Shown here: in pieces, positions 8,798-18,356 of the stretch
Position numbering within the stretch: the first letter of the stretch is position 1
How the letters are laid out: each line of letters opens with the position of its first letter
DNA from: an uncultured Spirochaetaceae bacterium
Lineage (GTDB): Bacteria > Myxococcota_A > UBA9160 > UBA4427
Direction of reading: 5' to 3'
Length of the DNA: 64,000 nucleotides
NCBI GenBank assembly: GCA_964488255.1
Contig: CAZAUR010000001.1
Coordinates: 195,244 to 259,243 of the forward strand
Position numbers and translations under genes: made by a program
Notes under the pieces: generated by a model
What the model was told of the DNA's origin: nothing
The model's database searches: none
The model's input: only the letters and a program-made list of their open reading frames with translations

Positions 8798-8986
8798 TGC
8801 GGGGCTGCGGTCGGTTGGCTTGATCGCGCAGTCGTTGGTTGTCGAGCGCCGTGCATTCGGTTTTGATGGGGGTGGTAGGGTGTTAGGCGGACGCTCTGCC
8901 TTGGGGCCTGGTCGCGGATCAGATTCGGCGTGAACGCTGGTTCCGTGCTCGATTCGGTGAACCATCGCCCTTATCCTTGTTAGGTG

Positions 8987-9673
8987 ATGGCAGATCCCCG
9001 GCAACTCTCGATCGATCAGTGCTTCGTGCATCGCCGTGCGCCGTCCCGCCGGAAGAAGAAGCCCGGGCGGAAGCCTGCTTCGCGTGCGCGGGTTCGTCAT
9101 CGCGAGCGTGTGGCGGTTCGGAAGGAACATCCTGTCCACGTGACGCTCCGCATGCGTCGGGACGTTCCGTCGCTTCGGAATCGGAAGTGGCTTCGCGGGT
9201 TTCGCGAGACGCTCGAGCGTGGATGCGAGCGGGGCGACTTCCGAGTGGCTCGCTACTCGGTTCAGCGAGATCACGTGAACATGATCGTGGAGGCGACGGA
9301 CAAGAAGGCGCTCGCGTCCGGCATGAAGAGCATCGGCTCTCGGATCGCTTTGGCGGTGAACCGCGTCTTCAGGCGGAAGGGACGCGTTCTGGACGGGCGT
9401 TTTCATTCGGTCGTGCTCGGGACGCCTCGCCAGGTCCGAAACGCGCTCCGCTACGTGCTGCTCAACGACCGGAAACACCGTCGTCAGCGAGGCGAGGGGC
9501 TCGAGCGGAGCAGCGCGCCGGATTCTCACTCTTCCGGTCGCTTCTTCGAAGGCTGGAAGGAGCGGATCAATGCGATCCCAAAGATCGAAGTCGCACGGCC
9601 GAGGTCGTGGCTCCTGGCCAAAGGCTGGCAGAGAGGCGGCGGCCCGATTTCTCTCTCAGAAGTCCCGGGCTAG
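8987..9673 (+). CDS. IS200/IS605-type Y1 (HUH) transposase homolog, RAYT-like, single copy
   Basis: HPVHVTLRMR...FRVARYSVQRDHVNMIVEA...RNALRYVLLNDRKH matches the REP-associated tyrosine transposase layout. The HUH position reads H-V-N (codons 9272-9280). Confidence 0.7.
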   Translation: MADPRQLSIDQCFVHRRAPSRRKKKPGRKPASRARVRHRERVAVRKEHPVHVTLRMRRDVPSLRNRKWLRGFRETLERGCERGDFRVARYSVQRDHVNMIVEATDKKALASGMKSIGSRIALAVNRVFRRKGRVLDGRFHSVVLGTPRQVRNALRYVLLNDRKHRRQRGEGLERSSAPDSHSSGRFFEGWKERINAIPKIEVARPRSWLLAKGWQRGGGPISLSEVPG

Positions 9674-9805
9674 CTCGGCCCCACGGCACGGCGTACGCCT
9701 GCCCGAAGCGCCGCCCACGTGCGAAAGCCGAAGGAACCACCTCCCCCGTCAACACCAGGCAGCATGGCGTACGAGTCCCCCGAATCGCCTCGGACGAGCG
9801 CAACC

Positions 9806-10735
9806 CTACGCCGCGAGCGCTTCCCCCGACGCCTTCTTCTTCGGGTGCACGACGCTCTGGGGCGGCTCGCGGATCTCCCAGACGAGGCCGATGCGCTGGA
9901 GCGCGCGGAGGCCGTAGTAGGTCAGGTCGATCTCCCACCAGAAGAAGCCCTGGCGACACGACGCCATGTAGTGGTGGTGGTTGTTGTGCCAGCCCTCGCC
10001 GAGGGTGAGCAGCGCGAGCCAGAGGTTGTTGCGGCTGTCGTCGCCAGTGTCGTAGCGCTGGCTGCCCCAGCGATGGGCGAGGGAGTTGATCGAGTACGTC
10101 GAGTGCCAGAGCAGGACGGTCGAGACGCAGAAGCCCCAGACGAGACCGGCCAGGCCGTCGATCGCATGACAGAAGACGGCGAGGGAGATCGGCACGACGA
10201 TGTGCCAGCGGTTCAGCCACACGAGTTCGGGGTAGGCGGCGAAGTCGCGGATGCGATCGACCTCGGTCTCCTCGAATTCGCCGGAGAAGATCCACGCCTG
10301 GTGCGACCACCAGAAGCCCTTGCGCGGGGAGTGGAGGTCTTCGTCCTCGTCCGAGTAGCGGTGGTGACGGCGATGGCCGCCGGCCCACCAGAGGGGGCCC
10401 TTCTGGACTGCGGCGCAGCCGAGCAGCGCGAGCAGGAACTGGAAGGCGCGGCTCGTCTTGTAGGTCTTGTGGGCGAAGTAGCGGTGGTAGCCGGCGGTGA
10501 TGCCGAAGAGGCGTGCCCAGAAGAAGATCATGCAGAGGGCGATCTCGAACGCGCCGACGCCAGTGTAGAAGCCGACGAGGCAGCCGGCGTGGATCGTCCA
10601 ATAGACGATCGAAGGAACGGCGCCGAGGCGCGCCCAGACACCCTCGGTCTCGACGTCGCCCTCGACACGCGTCTGCACGCGGGGCAGCTCTTCCTGGCCC
10701 ACGAGCGGGGCGGACGCGATGACGGATTCGCTCAA
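9806..10735 (-). CDS. Acyl-CoA (delta-9-type) fatty acid desaturase
   Basis: Three histidine boxes are present: [15 protein letters not shown] and HNNHHHY. I place the start at TTG 10735, with GAGGAGA 5 nt upstream. The longer ORF extension looks spurious. Confidence 0.85.
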   Translation of the reverse strand: MSESVIASAPLVGQEELPRVQTRVEGDVETEGVWARLGAVPSIVYWTIHAGCLVGFYTGVGAFEIALCMIFFWARLFGITAGYHRYFAHKTYKTSRAFQFLLALLGCAAVQKGPLWWAGGHRRHHRYSDEDEDLHSPRKGFWWSHQAWIFSGEFEETEVDRIRDFAAYPELVWLNRWHIVVPISLAVFCHAIDGLAGLVWGFCVSTVLLWHSTYSINSLAHRWGSQRYDTGDDSRNNLWLALLTLGEGWHNNHHHYMASCRQGFFWWEIDLTYYGLRALQRIGLVWEIREPPQSVVHPKKKASGEALAA

Positions 10736-10991
10736 AAGAGTCTCCTCTGGGGGCGAGCAGAACCTACGAACCCCTTCGGAACGCGGCACGGCCGACGCTG
10801 TGAAAGTTCGGTCAAAACGGGCTTTCCCCAGCGTTTGCGCTAATTTGCGCGCGCCTCGACCGGGGGGACGAGGCCCACCCCAACACGCCTGTCCAGGAAT
10901 CCGATACGCCTCGGCGAATCGGTACGGACCGGATCGCGCGGCCCTCGGGATTCCACCCGAGACGCGGATCAGGCATCGACGAGATCCATCC

Positions 10992-12800
10992 ATGTCCGAG
11001 TCCGGCGTCCGAGAGGACCTCCGCAACGTCGCGATCATCGCCCACGTCGACCACGGCAAGACGACCCTGGTCGACGGGCTGCTGAAGAGCTGCGGTGCAT
11101 TCCGCGCCAACGAGTCGGTGGAAGAGCGCGTGATGGATTCCGGTGACCTCGAGAAGGAGCGGGGCATCACGATCCAGAGCAAGAGCACCGCCGTCGACTA
11201 CGAAGGCGTGCGCATCCAGCTCGTGGACACCCCCGGACATGCGGATTTCGGTGGAGAGGTCGAGCGCGTGCTCGGGATGGCGGACGCGGCGCTGCTGCTC
11301 TGCGACGCCTACGAAGGCGTGATGCCGCAGACGCGTTTCGTGCTGCGCAAGGCCCTCGACCACGGCCTGCGGCCGATCCTGGTCGTGAACAAGATCGACC
11401 GCCCCGAAGAGCGGGCGGAGCAGGTGGTGGACGAGGTCTTCGACCTGCTCGTCGAGCTCGGTGCCGACGACACGCAGCTCGAGTTCCCCGTCGTCTACGC
11501 CTCCGCGAAGCAGGGCGTCGCCACGACGACCTACGGCGGCGAGATGAAGGATCTCGTTCCGGTGCTCGAGACGATCCTCGAACACGCCCCGGCGCCGCGC
11601 GTCGAAGAGGACGCGCCGCTCCAGTTCCAGGCGGTGACCCTCGGTTACGACGCCTTCGTCGGCCGGCTCGTGATCGGTCGTGTCGTGCGCGGAAAGATGA
11701 AGCGCGGCGCACCGGTCGTGCGCGTCGGTGAGGACGGTCAGCAGGACGCGTTCAGGATCACCAAGCTCTTCGGCACACTGGGCACCGAGCGCGTCGACAT
11801 CGAAGAAGCCCGCGCCGGTGACATCGTGATCGTCGCGGGCGTCGACCACATCGACGTCGGCGACACGGTCTGCGAGCCCGGTCAGCTCGACCCGCTGCCC
11901 CGTATCGCGATCGACCCGCCGACGATCCGCGTCCATCTCTCAGTGAACAACTCGCCCTTCGCCGGCCGCGACGGCAAGTTCGTCACGAGCCGGCAGATCG
12001 GCGAGCGCCTCGAGCGCGAGGCGATGTCGAACATCTCGATCGTCATCGAGCGGACGGACAAGCAGGACACCTTCGCCGTCTCCGGCCGGGGCGAGCTCCA
12101 GCTCGCGGTCCTGATCGAGACGCTCCGCCGCGAGAAATACGAGTTCGCGGTCTCCCGACCCGAGATCATCGTGCAGGAGGTCGCGGGCAAGCGCTGCGAG
12201 CCCGTCGAGGAAGTCGTGGCGGACGTGCCCGAGACCGCCGCCGGCTCGGTCATGGAGAAGCTGTCCCAGCGCAAGGGTCGCATGGACACGATGGAGCATC
12301 ACGGCGACCGCGTGCAGATGCGCTTCATCGTCCCGAGCCGCGGCCTCTTCGGCTACCGCGGCGAGTTCCTGACCGACACCCGCGGCGAGGGCATCCTCTA
12401 CCGCACGGTCCAGGGCTTCGAACCCTTCGCCGGTGACCTGCCGGGCCGCACCGTGGGTCCAGTCGTGTGCACCGACCTCGGCAAGACGACGCCCCACGCG
12501 ATCTTCAAGATCCAGGAGCGCGCGACGCTCTTCGTGGCTCCCGGCGTCGACGTCTACGAAGGCCAGATCGTCGGAGAGAGCCGGCGTGCCGGGGACCTGA
12601 ACGTGAACCTCACGCGTGCCAAGAAGCTCGACAACATGCGCGCCTCGGGTCGGGACGAGAACGTCATCATCACGCCCCACAAGAAGCTCACGATCGAAGC
12701 GGCCCTCGGCTGGATCGAGGACGACGAGCTCCTCGAGGTGACGCCGGTCGAGCTTCGCCTGCGCAAGCGCGTGCTGTCCCAGAGCTTCCGAAAGAGATAG
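10992..12800 (+). CDS. typA: Translational GTPase TypA/BipA
   Basis: Contains [31 protein letters not shown] and NKIDR, with full-length BipA architecture. ATG at 10992. Confidence 0.95.
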   Translation: MSESGVREDLRNVAIIAHVDHGKTTLVDGLLKSCGAFRANESVEERVMDSGDLEKERGITIQSKSTAVDYEGVRIQLVDTPGHADFGGEVERVLGMADAALLLCDAYEGVMPQTRFVLRKALDHGLRPILVVNKIDRPEERAEQVVDEVFDLLVELGADDTQLEFPVVYASAKQGVATTTYGGEMKDLVPVLETILEHAPAPRVEEDAPLQFQAVTLGYDAFVGRLVIGRVVRGKMKRGAPVVRVGEDGQQDAFRITKLFGTLGTERVDIEEARAGDIVIVAGVDHIDVGDTVCEPGQLDPLPRIAIDPPTIRVHLSVNNSPFAGRDGKFVTSRQIGERLEREAMSNISIVIERTDKQDTFAVSGRGELQLAVLIETLRREKYEFAVSRPEIIVQEVAGKRCEPVEEVVADVPETAAGSVMEKLSQRKGRMDTMEHHGDRVQMRFIVPSRGLFGYRGEFLTDTRGEGILYRTVQGFEPFAGDLPGRTVGPVVCTDLGKTTPHAIFKIQERATLFVAPGVDVYEGQIVGESRRAGDLNVNLTRAKKLDNMRASGRDENVIITPHKKLTIEAALGWIEDDELLEVTPVELRLRKRVLSQSFRKR

Positions 12801-12822
12801 GGGCGGATCGCCCGGGCGTGAC

Positions 12823-13563
12823 TCACTCTCGCGTCGTCGACCGCTCGCGCTCGCCGATGTCCTTCACGACCCGGTACTGGAGCCGGAGCACCGTGCCGAT
12901 GCGCCGGGCGAATCGCGCCATCACCACCTGCACTCGTTGTTCGTCGACATTGGTGCCTGAATAGACGCCACCCGGAAGCTGATAGCGCTCGACATAACGC
13001 ATCAGCGGTTTCCGGCTCTCGGGGTCGAACAACTCGAAGCCCAGGACGGCGCCGCCGCCCGCATTCACGAAGCTCGTCGACGAGCCCGTCGAATCGTCAC
13101 CGGTCTCATGTGGGTCAAAATCGGCGATCGTCGCGCGAATGATCACGGTCGATGGCGAGAGCTCCCTCGATTCGACCCAGAAGTCCTCCGACGAGAGCGT
13201 CGTGAGGAGCTCGCGGCGGAAGCGACCCCGGAGGTCGTCCTCCTTCCGGCCGGTCCAGTCGCGAACGCCCTTCTTGTATTCGATCACCGGACGCTCGAGG
13301 ATCATCTTGTCGAAGCGCTGAAGATGCGGGCGCGGAGGACGGACATAGAGCCGGGCACCGCGCAGCTCGTCACTAGGCACCCGCACGAGACCGTCCGAGG
13401 TGAACTCGGCCGCCGAGCCCGACGGGATCGCGGCGGTCGGGTCCTCGACGTAGGGCGGCGGGGAAGCGGGGTCCGTCGGTGCCGTAGAGAGACACGCGGT
13501 CATCGCTGCCAGCAGGACCGGCGCCAGGCACCCGAGGCGCCTGAAGCGTGAATAGGACACCAT
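12823..13563 (-). CDS. Lipoprotein of unknown function (DUF3313-like)
   Basis: Signal peptide with a lipobox (LLAAMTAC) after the ATG at 13563. The composition looks coding. The family assignment is from memory only. Confidence 0.55.
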   Translation of the reverse strand: MVSYSRFRRLGCLAPVLLAAMTACLSTAPTDPASPPPYVEDPTAAIPSGSAAEFTSDGLVRVPSDELRGARLYVRPPRPHLQRFDKMILERPVIEYKKGVRDWTGRKEDDLRGRFRRELLTTLSSEDFWVESRELSPSTVIIRATIADFDPHETGDDSTGSSTSFVNAGGGAVLGFELFDPESRKPLMRYVERYQLPGGVYSGTNVDEQRVQVVMARFARRIGTVLRLQYRVVKDIGERERSTTRE

Positions 13564-13613
13564 GGTCGTTCCCTCCCCGACGGGGCACGCCATCTGATGA
13601 TACCTCAGATGCG

Positions 13614-14531
13614 ATGGGTCGACGGCGGATCGCTCGGCTTGACCGAAACCGAGCGCCGCGGTTCACTCAGCCGCCGCGACCGGAGCCGACCTTGGACCTC
13701 GACCACATCCCCGCCCTCGAGCTGACCGCCGAAGAGCGTGCGCGCTACGAAGAAGACGGCTTCTTCGCCCGCCACGCCGTCTTCGGTCCCGAGGACCTCG
13801 ATCGGCTCCGCATGGCCGCCGAGCGCGTGGCCGCGAAGGCGAAGCGCGCGGCTGTGGCCAAGAGCGACGCCGTCGATCGCGCGGAGGCACCGGGCGACGA
13901 CGACTACTCGATCGACGGCAACCGCTACGTCGAGGCGGCGCACGCGACGGTCCAGTACGAGCACGCGGCGGGCAGCGAGACGATCCGCGTGATCGAGCCC
14001 TTCCACCACCTCGATCCCGTCTTCGAAGAGTTCGTTGCGGACCCGCGACTCGTCGTGCCCTTGTGCGGGGTGCTCGACGCCGAGCGGATCGCGCTCTGGA
14101 CCGACAAGATCAACTTGAAGCGTCCACGTGAAGGCTCGCAGTTCCGTTGGCATCAGGACTCACCCTACTGGAGCCACGCATGCTCCCACTGTGACCAGCT
14201 CCCGAACGTGATGATCACCCTCGACGACGCGGACCGGGACAACGGCTGCTTTCGCGTGATTCGCGGCAGTCACGCGAATGGATTCCTTCCGGGCATCGAC
14301 GACGGCTCCGCCCTCGGTCCGCTCTTCACCGATCCGAGCGCCTTCGACGAGTCCGACGAGTGGCTCGCGGAGCTGCCCGCCGGGAGCTTCGTCGTCTTCA
14401 GTGCGCACACGGTGCACGGCAGCCAGCCGAACGCGTCCGACCGCTCGCGTCGCGCGATCGTGCTGACCTATCAGCCCGCGGACGAGCCGATGTTCAAGCT
14501 CGAGGGCGTCAAGAACTTCGCGCGCGGCTGA
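13614..14531 (+). CDS. Phytanoyl-CoA dioxygenase (PhyH) family Fe(II)/2OG oxygenase
   Basis: Contains WHQDSPYW, the D in LDDADRDNG and TVHGSQPN, giving an H-x-D...H facial triad pattern. ATG at 13614. Confidence 0.8.
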   Translation: MGRRRIARLDRNRAPRFTQPPRPEPTLDLDHIPALELTAEERARYEEDGFFARHAVFGPEDLDRLRMAAERVAAKAKRAAVAKSDAVDRAEAPGDDDYSIDGNRYVEAAHATVQYEHAAGSETIRVIEPFHHLDPVFEEFVADPRLVVPLCGVLDAERIALWTDKINLKRPREGSQFRWHQDSPYWSHACSHCDQLPNVMITLDDADRDNGCFRVIRGSHANGFLPGIDDGSALGPLFTDPSAFDESDEWLAELPAGSFVVFSAHTVHGSQPNASDRSRRAIVLTYQPADEPMFKLEGVKNFARG

Positions 14532-14548
14532 GCCGCGGTCGATCGCGG
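14531..14548. terminator. GC hairpin between convergent genes
   Basis: GCCGCG-gtcgat-CGCGGC lies between the PhyH stop (14531) and the thrH stop (14559). There is no U-tract. Confidence 0.3.
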
Positions 14549-14558
14549 CGGACCGAGC

Positions 14559-15170
14559 TCAGACGTCCCGGAGCGACGCCTTCGCGAACTCGGCCTGCAG
14601 CTCCGCGTATTCGCGCGCGACTGGGAACTGCGGGAACTCGTCGATGACGTTCTGCGGCGGGCGAAACAGGATCCCGGCGTCGGCCTCGGAGAGCATCGTC
14701 GTGTCGTTGTAGGAGTCGCCGGTCGCGATGCAGCGGAAGTTGAGGGAATGGAACGCCTTGACCGAGGCCCGCTTCGGATCCGGCTGGCGGATCTTGTAGT
14801 CGGTGATCATTCCGTCGCCATCGACCTCGAGCTTGTGGCAGAGGATCGTCGGCCAGCCGAGCTTGCCCATGAAGGGTTCGGCGAACTCGTAGAACGTGTC
14901 TGACAGGATTACGACCTGGAAGCGCTCGCGCAGCCAGTCGAGGGCCGTGTCCGCTCCAGGAAGCGGATCCATTCCGTCGATGACTTCCTGGATCTGGTTC
15001 AGCCCGAGCTTGTGCTCGCGAAGGATCTCGAGCCGCTGGGTCATCAGCTGGTCGTAGTCGGGGATGTCCCGGGTGGTCGCAGACAAGGCGTCGATTCCTG
15101 TCCGCTGTGAAAAGTTGACCCAGACTTCGGGGATCAGGACCCCCTCGAGATCGAGACAGGCGATTTCCAT
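14559..15170 (-). CDS. thrH: Phosphoserine phosphatase / homoserine phosphotransferase ThrH
   Basis: MEIACLDLEGVLIPE...VVILSDTFYEF...GDSYNDTTMLSEA closely resembles Pseudomonas ThrH as I recall it. The ATG at 15170 was verified. Confidence 0.9.
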   Translation of the reverse strand: MEIACLDLEGVLIPEVWVNFSQRTGIDALSATTRDIPDYDQLMTQRLEILREHKLGLNQIQEVIDGMDPLPGADTALDWLRERFQVVILSDTFYEFAEPFMGKLGWPTILCHKLEVDGDGMITDYKIRQPDPKRASVKAFHSLNFRCIATGDSYNDTTMLSEADAGILFRPPQNVIDEFPQFPVAREYAELQAEFAKASLRDV

Positions 15171-15282
15171 GGGCGTGGGTTTAGCAATCCGGCGTGGATC
15201 CCGCTTGAGAATCCCGGCAGACCACCCGATTCGGTAGGCTCCCGGTCGCGATGCCCCCCGTCGTCCGGAAGGGGAGTGCACC

Positions 15283-16065
15283 GTGGATCCGATCGAAGCC
15301 CTGCTGCTCGGCCTCGCGCAGGGACTGACCGAGTTCTTCCCCGTCTCGAGCTCGGGCCACCTCGCCATGCTGCAGTCGCTCTTCGGCGGCCGCGAGTCCG
15401 GCGGGCTGCTCTTCGAGGTCGGGGTCCACGTGGCGACCCTCTTCGCGATCGCCTTCTACTACCGCGCGCGGATCGCGGAGCTGCTGCGCGGCCTCTTCGG
15501 TCGCGAACGCGAGACCCTCGAGTACGTGGGCAAGCTGGCGGTCGCGACGATCCCCGCCGTCGTGATCGGCCTCGGCGCGAAGGACTTCATCGAGACGCAG
15601 TTCGGGAACCCGGTCATGGTCGGGGGGCTCCTGCTCACGACCGGCGTGATCGTGATGAGTACGCGCTGGACGGCGCCGAAGGCGAGCGCGCGGGTCCCGG
15701 GCTGGGGCGCGGCGCTCCTCATCGGCTGCGCGCAGGCCTTCGCGATCTTGCCCGGCATCTCGCGGAGCGGGTCGACTGTGGCGATGGCGCTTCTTCTCGG
15801 AGTTGCGCCGCTCGCCGCCGCCGAGTTTGCCTTCCTGCTCGGGATCATCGCGATCGCCGGCGCAGCGGTGCTGATGATCCCGGACCTCCAGAGCGCCGAC
15901 CTCTCCGCGATGACCGACCTCGCGATCGGCGGCGCGGCGGCGCTCGCGTCCGGATTGGTCGCGATCTGGCTCTTCGTACGGATGCTCGACCGCAGTCTCT
16001 TCCACCACTGGGCCTGGTACTGCTGGGGCGTGGGTGGGGCGTTCCTGTGGTGGGCCTCGACCTGA
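15283..16065 (+). CDS. uppP: Undecaprenyl-diphosphate phosphatase
   Basis: GLTEFFPVSSSGHL and PGISRSGST motifs in a polytopic membrane protein. GTG start. Confidence 0.9.
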   Translation: MDPIEALLLGLAQGLTEFFPVSSSGHLAMLQSLFGGRESGGLLFEVGVHVATLFAIAFYYRARIAELLRGLFGRERETLEYVGKLAVATIPAVVIGLGAKDFIETQFGNPVMVGGLLLTTGVIVMSTRWTAPKASARVPGWGAALLIGCAQAFAILPGISRSGSTVAMALLLGVAPLAAAEFAFLLGIIAIAGAAVLMIPDLQSADLSAMTDLAIGGAAALASGLVAIWLFVRMLDRSLFHHWAWYCWGVGGAFLWWAST

Positions 16066-16117
16066 AGGCCCGGGACGATGAACTAAGCTCGGCGGCCCGT
16101 CGCCAGGAGCCCCGCCG

Positions 16118-16441
16118 ATGCCCACGATTCGATTCCAGGACCAGACCCTCGAATGTCCAGAGGGCGCGAACCTCCGGCTGGTCCTGACCCGCGCGCGGTT
16201 GCCCCTCTACAACAGCGCAGCCAAGGCGATCAACTGTCGCGGACGCGGGAGCTGTGGCACCTGCGCCGTGCAGGTCGAGGGGCCGGTCTCGGAGCCCACG
16301 GAGGCCGAGAAGAAACGCCTCTCGCGCCGGCCGCATGATCCGGACGCGGGGCTGCGCCTGGCTTGTCAGGTCAACGTTCTGGGTGATCTGATCGTCACCA
16401 AGCGCAAGGGGTTCTTCGGTCAGCGCGAAGAAGAGATCTGA
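16118..16441 (+). CDS. 2Fe-2S ferredoxin
   Basis: CRGRGSCGTC...C cysteine pattern in a 107-aa product. Confidence 0.8.
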   Translation: MPTIRFQDQTLECPEGANLRLVLTRARLPLYNSAAKAINCRGRGSCGTCAVQVEGPVSEPTEAEKKRLSRRPHDPDAGLRLACQVNVLGDLIVTKRKGFFGQREEEI

Positions 16442-16457
16442 CCCCGGTCTCGCCGGC

Positions 16458-17411
16458 CTAACGCCCGAGATACTGCGTCTCGGCCGCTTGGCCCTGCGTC
16501 GGCAGCCCGACGTCCCACGCCGGCTCCCCCGCGAACTCCTCGACCAGCCAGTCGATCATCGCGCGCACCTTCGGCGAGAGGTGCCGGCTCTCGGGGTAGA
16601 CGGTGTAGATGGCGCTGGTGCGGGTCGTCTCGGCGGGGAGCACGGGCACGAGGCGGCCCTCTCGCACGTCCTCGGCGGTGAGGAAGGTCGGTAGGTACAC
16701 GACACCGAGATCGGCGAGGGCGGCGTGGCGGAGGGCGTCGCCGTTGTCCGCGTGGAACGTGCCGCGGGTCTCGATACGTTTGCCGCCGCGGAATGTCCAG
16801 GTCTCGGTCGGGCCGCGGTACCCCATGCAGTTGTGGTGGACGAGATCCTCGGGGCGCACGACCGGCGCGGCGGACTCGAGGTAGCCGGGCGAGGCGGTCA
16901 GCAACGCCCGCAGCGGACTGATCTCCCTCAGCACGTAGCTCGGCGTGCTGGGCCGTCCGATCCGGATCGAGAGGTCGATTCGTTCGTGGACGAGGTCGAC
17001 GCTCCGGTCGGTCAGCTCGAGCTGGACCTGCACTGCGGGGTGTCGCGCGAGGAAGCGGTGGAGCCTGGGCGCGACGACCATGTGGCCGAAGGACATGGGG
17101 GCCGCCAGCCGGATCACGCCGGAGGGCTCGGCTTCGAGGCGCCGGATCGACAGCTCCGCCGCTTCGGCCTCCTCGACCACCCGCTGACAGTGGCCGTGGA
17201 AGATCTCCCCGACCTCGGTCAGGCTCATCGTCCGGGTCGTCCGCCGGAGCAGCTGCGCGCCCAGGCGCGCCTCGAGACTCGAGATCTCCCGGCTGACAGA
17301 CGCCTTGGACATGCCGAGGCGTTTGGCCGCCGCCGTGAAGCTGCCCTCCTCGACGACACTCGAAAACACCAGCATTCCCGCGACGTTGGCTACAGGCTCG
17401 GCACCGTTCAT
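16458..17411 (-). CDS. LysR-family transcriptional regulator
   Basis: N-terminal HTH (FSSVVEEGSFTAAAKRLGMSKASVSREISSLE) and a LysR substrate-binding domain. ATG at 17411. Confidence 0.9.
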   Translation of the reverse strand: MNGAEPVANVAGMLVFSSVVEEGSFTAAAKRLGMSKASVSREISSLEARLGAQLLRRTTRTMSLTEVGEIFHGHCQRVVEEAEAAELSIRRLEAEPSGVIRLAAPMSFGHMVVAPRLHRFLARHPAVQVQLELTDRSVDLVHERIDLSIRIGRPSTPSYVLREISPLRALLTASPGYLESAAPVVRPEDLVHHNCMGYRGPTETWTFRGGKRIETRGTFHADNGDALRHAALADLGVVYLPTFLTAEDVREGRLVPVLPAETTRTSAIYTVYPESRHLSPKVRAMIDWLVEEFAGEPAWDVGLPTQGQAAETQYLGR

Positions 17412-17433
17412 ATTGTTGCTCAATGGAAACAAC
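17412..17433. promoter_or_regulatory. LysR-type T-N11-A box candidate
   Basis: TTGTT-N10-AACAA dyad (17413-17432) in the divergent intergenic region immediately upstream of the LysR start. Confidence 0.35.
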
Positions 17434-17492
17434 CTTGTCCTTGTGGGCACATTGTCTTCGTACCAGATTAAACCGATTGTCTCTTCCACGCG

Positions 17493-17509
17493 CCCCTTGA
17501 TTCAAGGGG
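17493..17509. promoter_or_regulatory. Perfect palindrome CCCCTTGA-T-TCAAGGGG just upstream of the 17515 start codon
   Basis: An 8-bp arm inverted repeat ending 5 nt before the ATG. It could be an operator or an RBS-occluding hairpin. Confidence 0.3.
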
Positions 17510-17514
17510 ACCCC

Positions 17515-18138
17515 ATGAACACCGAACGCGAACTCCGATTTGCTCTGCGATCTGGCCGCCTGCGCTATCCGAAGCGCAATCCCGCCCGGATCCGCGACCT
17601 CCGTCTCGCGACGCTGGCTCTGGCGTTGCTGATGACGGGCATCGCCGCCGCCGACGAGCGCGGCTGTCTCGTCGACGCCGCGCCCCACGCGGAGCCCGGC
17701 GCGCTCTTCGAGACCGTCGAAGCCGCTGCCGTCGACGCTCTGGCGCACGCGCACCACACGCTCCGGACCGGGGACCGAGGCCGCCTCCTGCTCGGCACGA
17801 TCTACCGGTTCGGGGACGCCTACAGCTACACGGAGCCGATGCGCTCGCAGCAGACCGTTTGGGCCAGCCGCCCGCCGGTGCTGCGTTATGCGCTGCGATC
17901 GATCGACGTCGCGAGCTACGTCGTGCATCCACCGTCGGGATCGTCGCGCATCGATCGCGCGAACGAACGACCGAACGCGAGCCAGCGCCGCATCGTCGAC
18001 GAGCTCGACCCGCGCGGTCGACCGCTCTTCGTGCTGACGCCGTCACGGCGGATCGTGCGTTATGCGGACCGCACGACCCTCGAGCTGGTCGCGCTCCCGG
18101 AAGCGCCGCCGTCGCTCCTGGTGGCACTCTCACCCTGA
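17515..18138 (+). CDS. Secreted/membrane-anchored hypothetical protein (DUF4329-like pattern)
   Basis: N-terminal hydrophobic segment (LATLALALLMTGIAAA). The GTIYRFGDAYSYTEP core resembles DUF4329 as I recall it. Divergent from the LysR gene. Confidence 0.5.
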   Translation: MNTERELRFALRSGRLRYPKRNPARIRDLRLATLALALLMTGIAAADERGCLVDAAPHAEPGALFETVEAAAVDALAHAHHTLRTGDRGRLLLGTIYRFGDAYSYTEPMRSQQTVWASRPPVLRYALRSIDVASYVVHPPSGSSRIDRANERPNASQRRIVDELDPRGRPLFVLTPSRRIVRYADRTTLELVALPEAPPSLLVALSP

Positions 18139-18172
18139 GTCCGGGGCTCGCCGGAACCGAGCCCCGAATGAA

Positions 18173-18210
18173 GAACGCCCCCTCTCCTTCGCATCGGAGA
18201 GGGGGCGTTC
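18173..18210. repeat. REP-like GC hairpin (perfect 15-bp stem, 8-nt loop)
   Basis: GAACGCCCCCTCTCC-ttcgcatc-GGAGAGGGGGCGTTC lies 35 nt after the stop at 18138. It is related to the hairpin at 19961-19996. Confidence 0.8.
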
Positions 18211-18262
18211 GTGCTTGCGCACGTGCTGCCGCCGGCTGAAGCGGAACTCCTGAAACGCTCCT

Positions 18263-18326
18263 TGGCACGGATGGATTTCGAACCTTCGGTCCCTCGAATG
18301 GGCGTACAATCGACCCACGCGGTGCC
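18263..18326 (-). other. tRNA-like remnant (decayed tRNA, Arg-UCG-like loop)
   Basis: The minus strand reads GGCACCG...CGCCC-ATTCGAG-GGACC...GGTTCGAAATCC-ATCCGTGCCA. The acceptor pairing is 6/7. A TTCGAAA T-loop and a U-TCG-A anticodon-loop pattern are present. It is only 64 nt, and the D and T stems do not pair. Confidence 0.3.
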
Positions 18327-18356
18327 GAGAGCGGCGCGTCCCAGCGACGGATTCCA

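Noticed and set aside
8800-8986. Looked for IS200/IS605-style subterminal hairpins or REP copies flanking the RAYT-like gene, including downstream at 9674-9805.
   Set aside because: Only weak 5-bp stems were found. Nothing resembles the REP family seen elsewhere, so I do not call a mobile-element boundary.
18263-18326. Calling the tRNA-like sequence a functional tRNA-Arg gene.
   Set aside because: It is only 64 nt. The T stem (GAAGG vs TCCAT) and D stem do not pair, and only 3 of 5 anticodon-stem pairs form. I report it only as a remnant.
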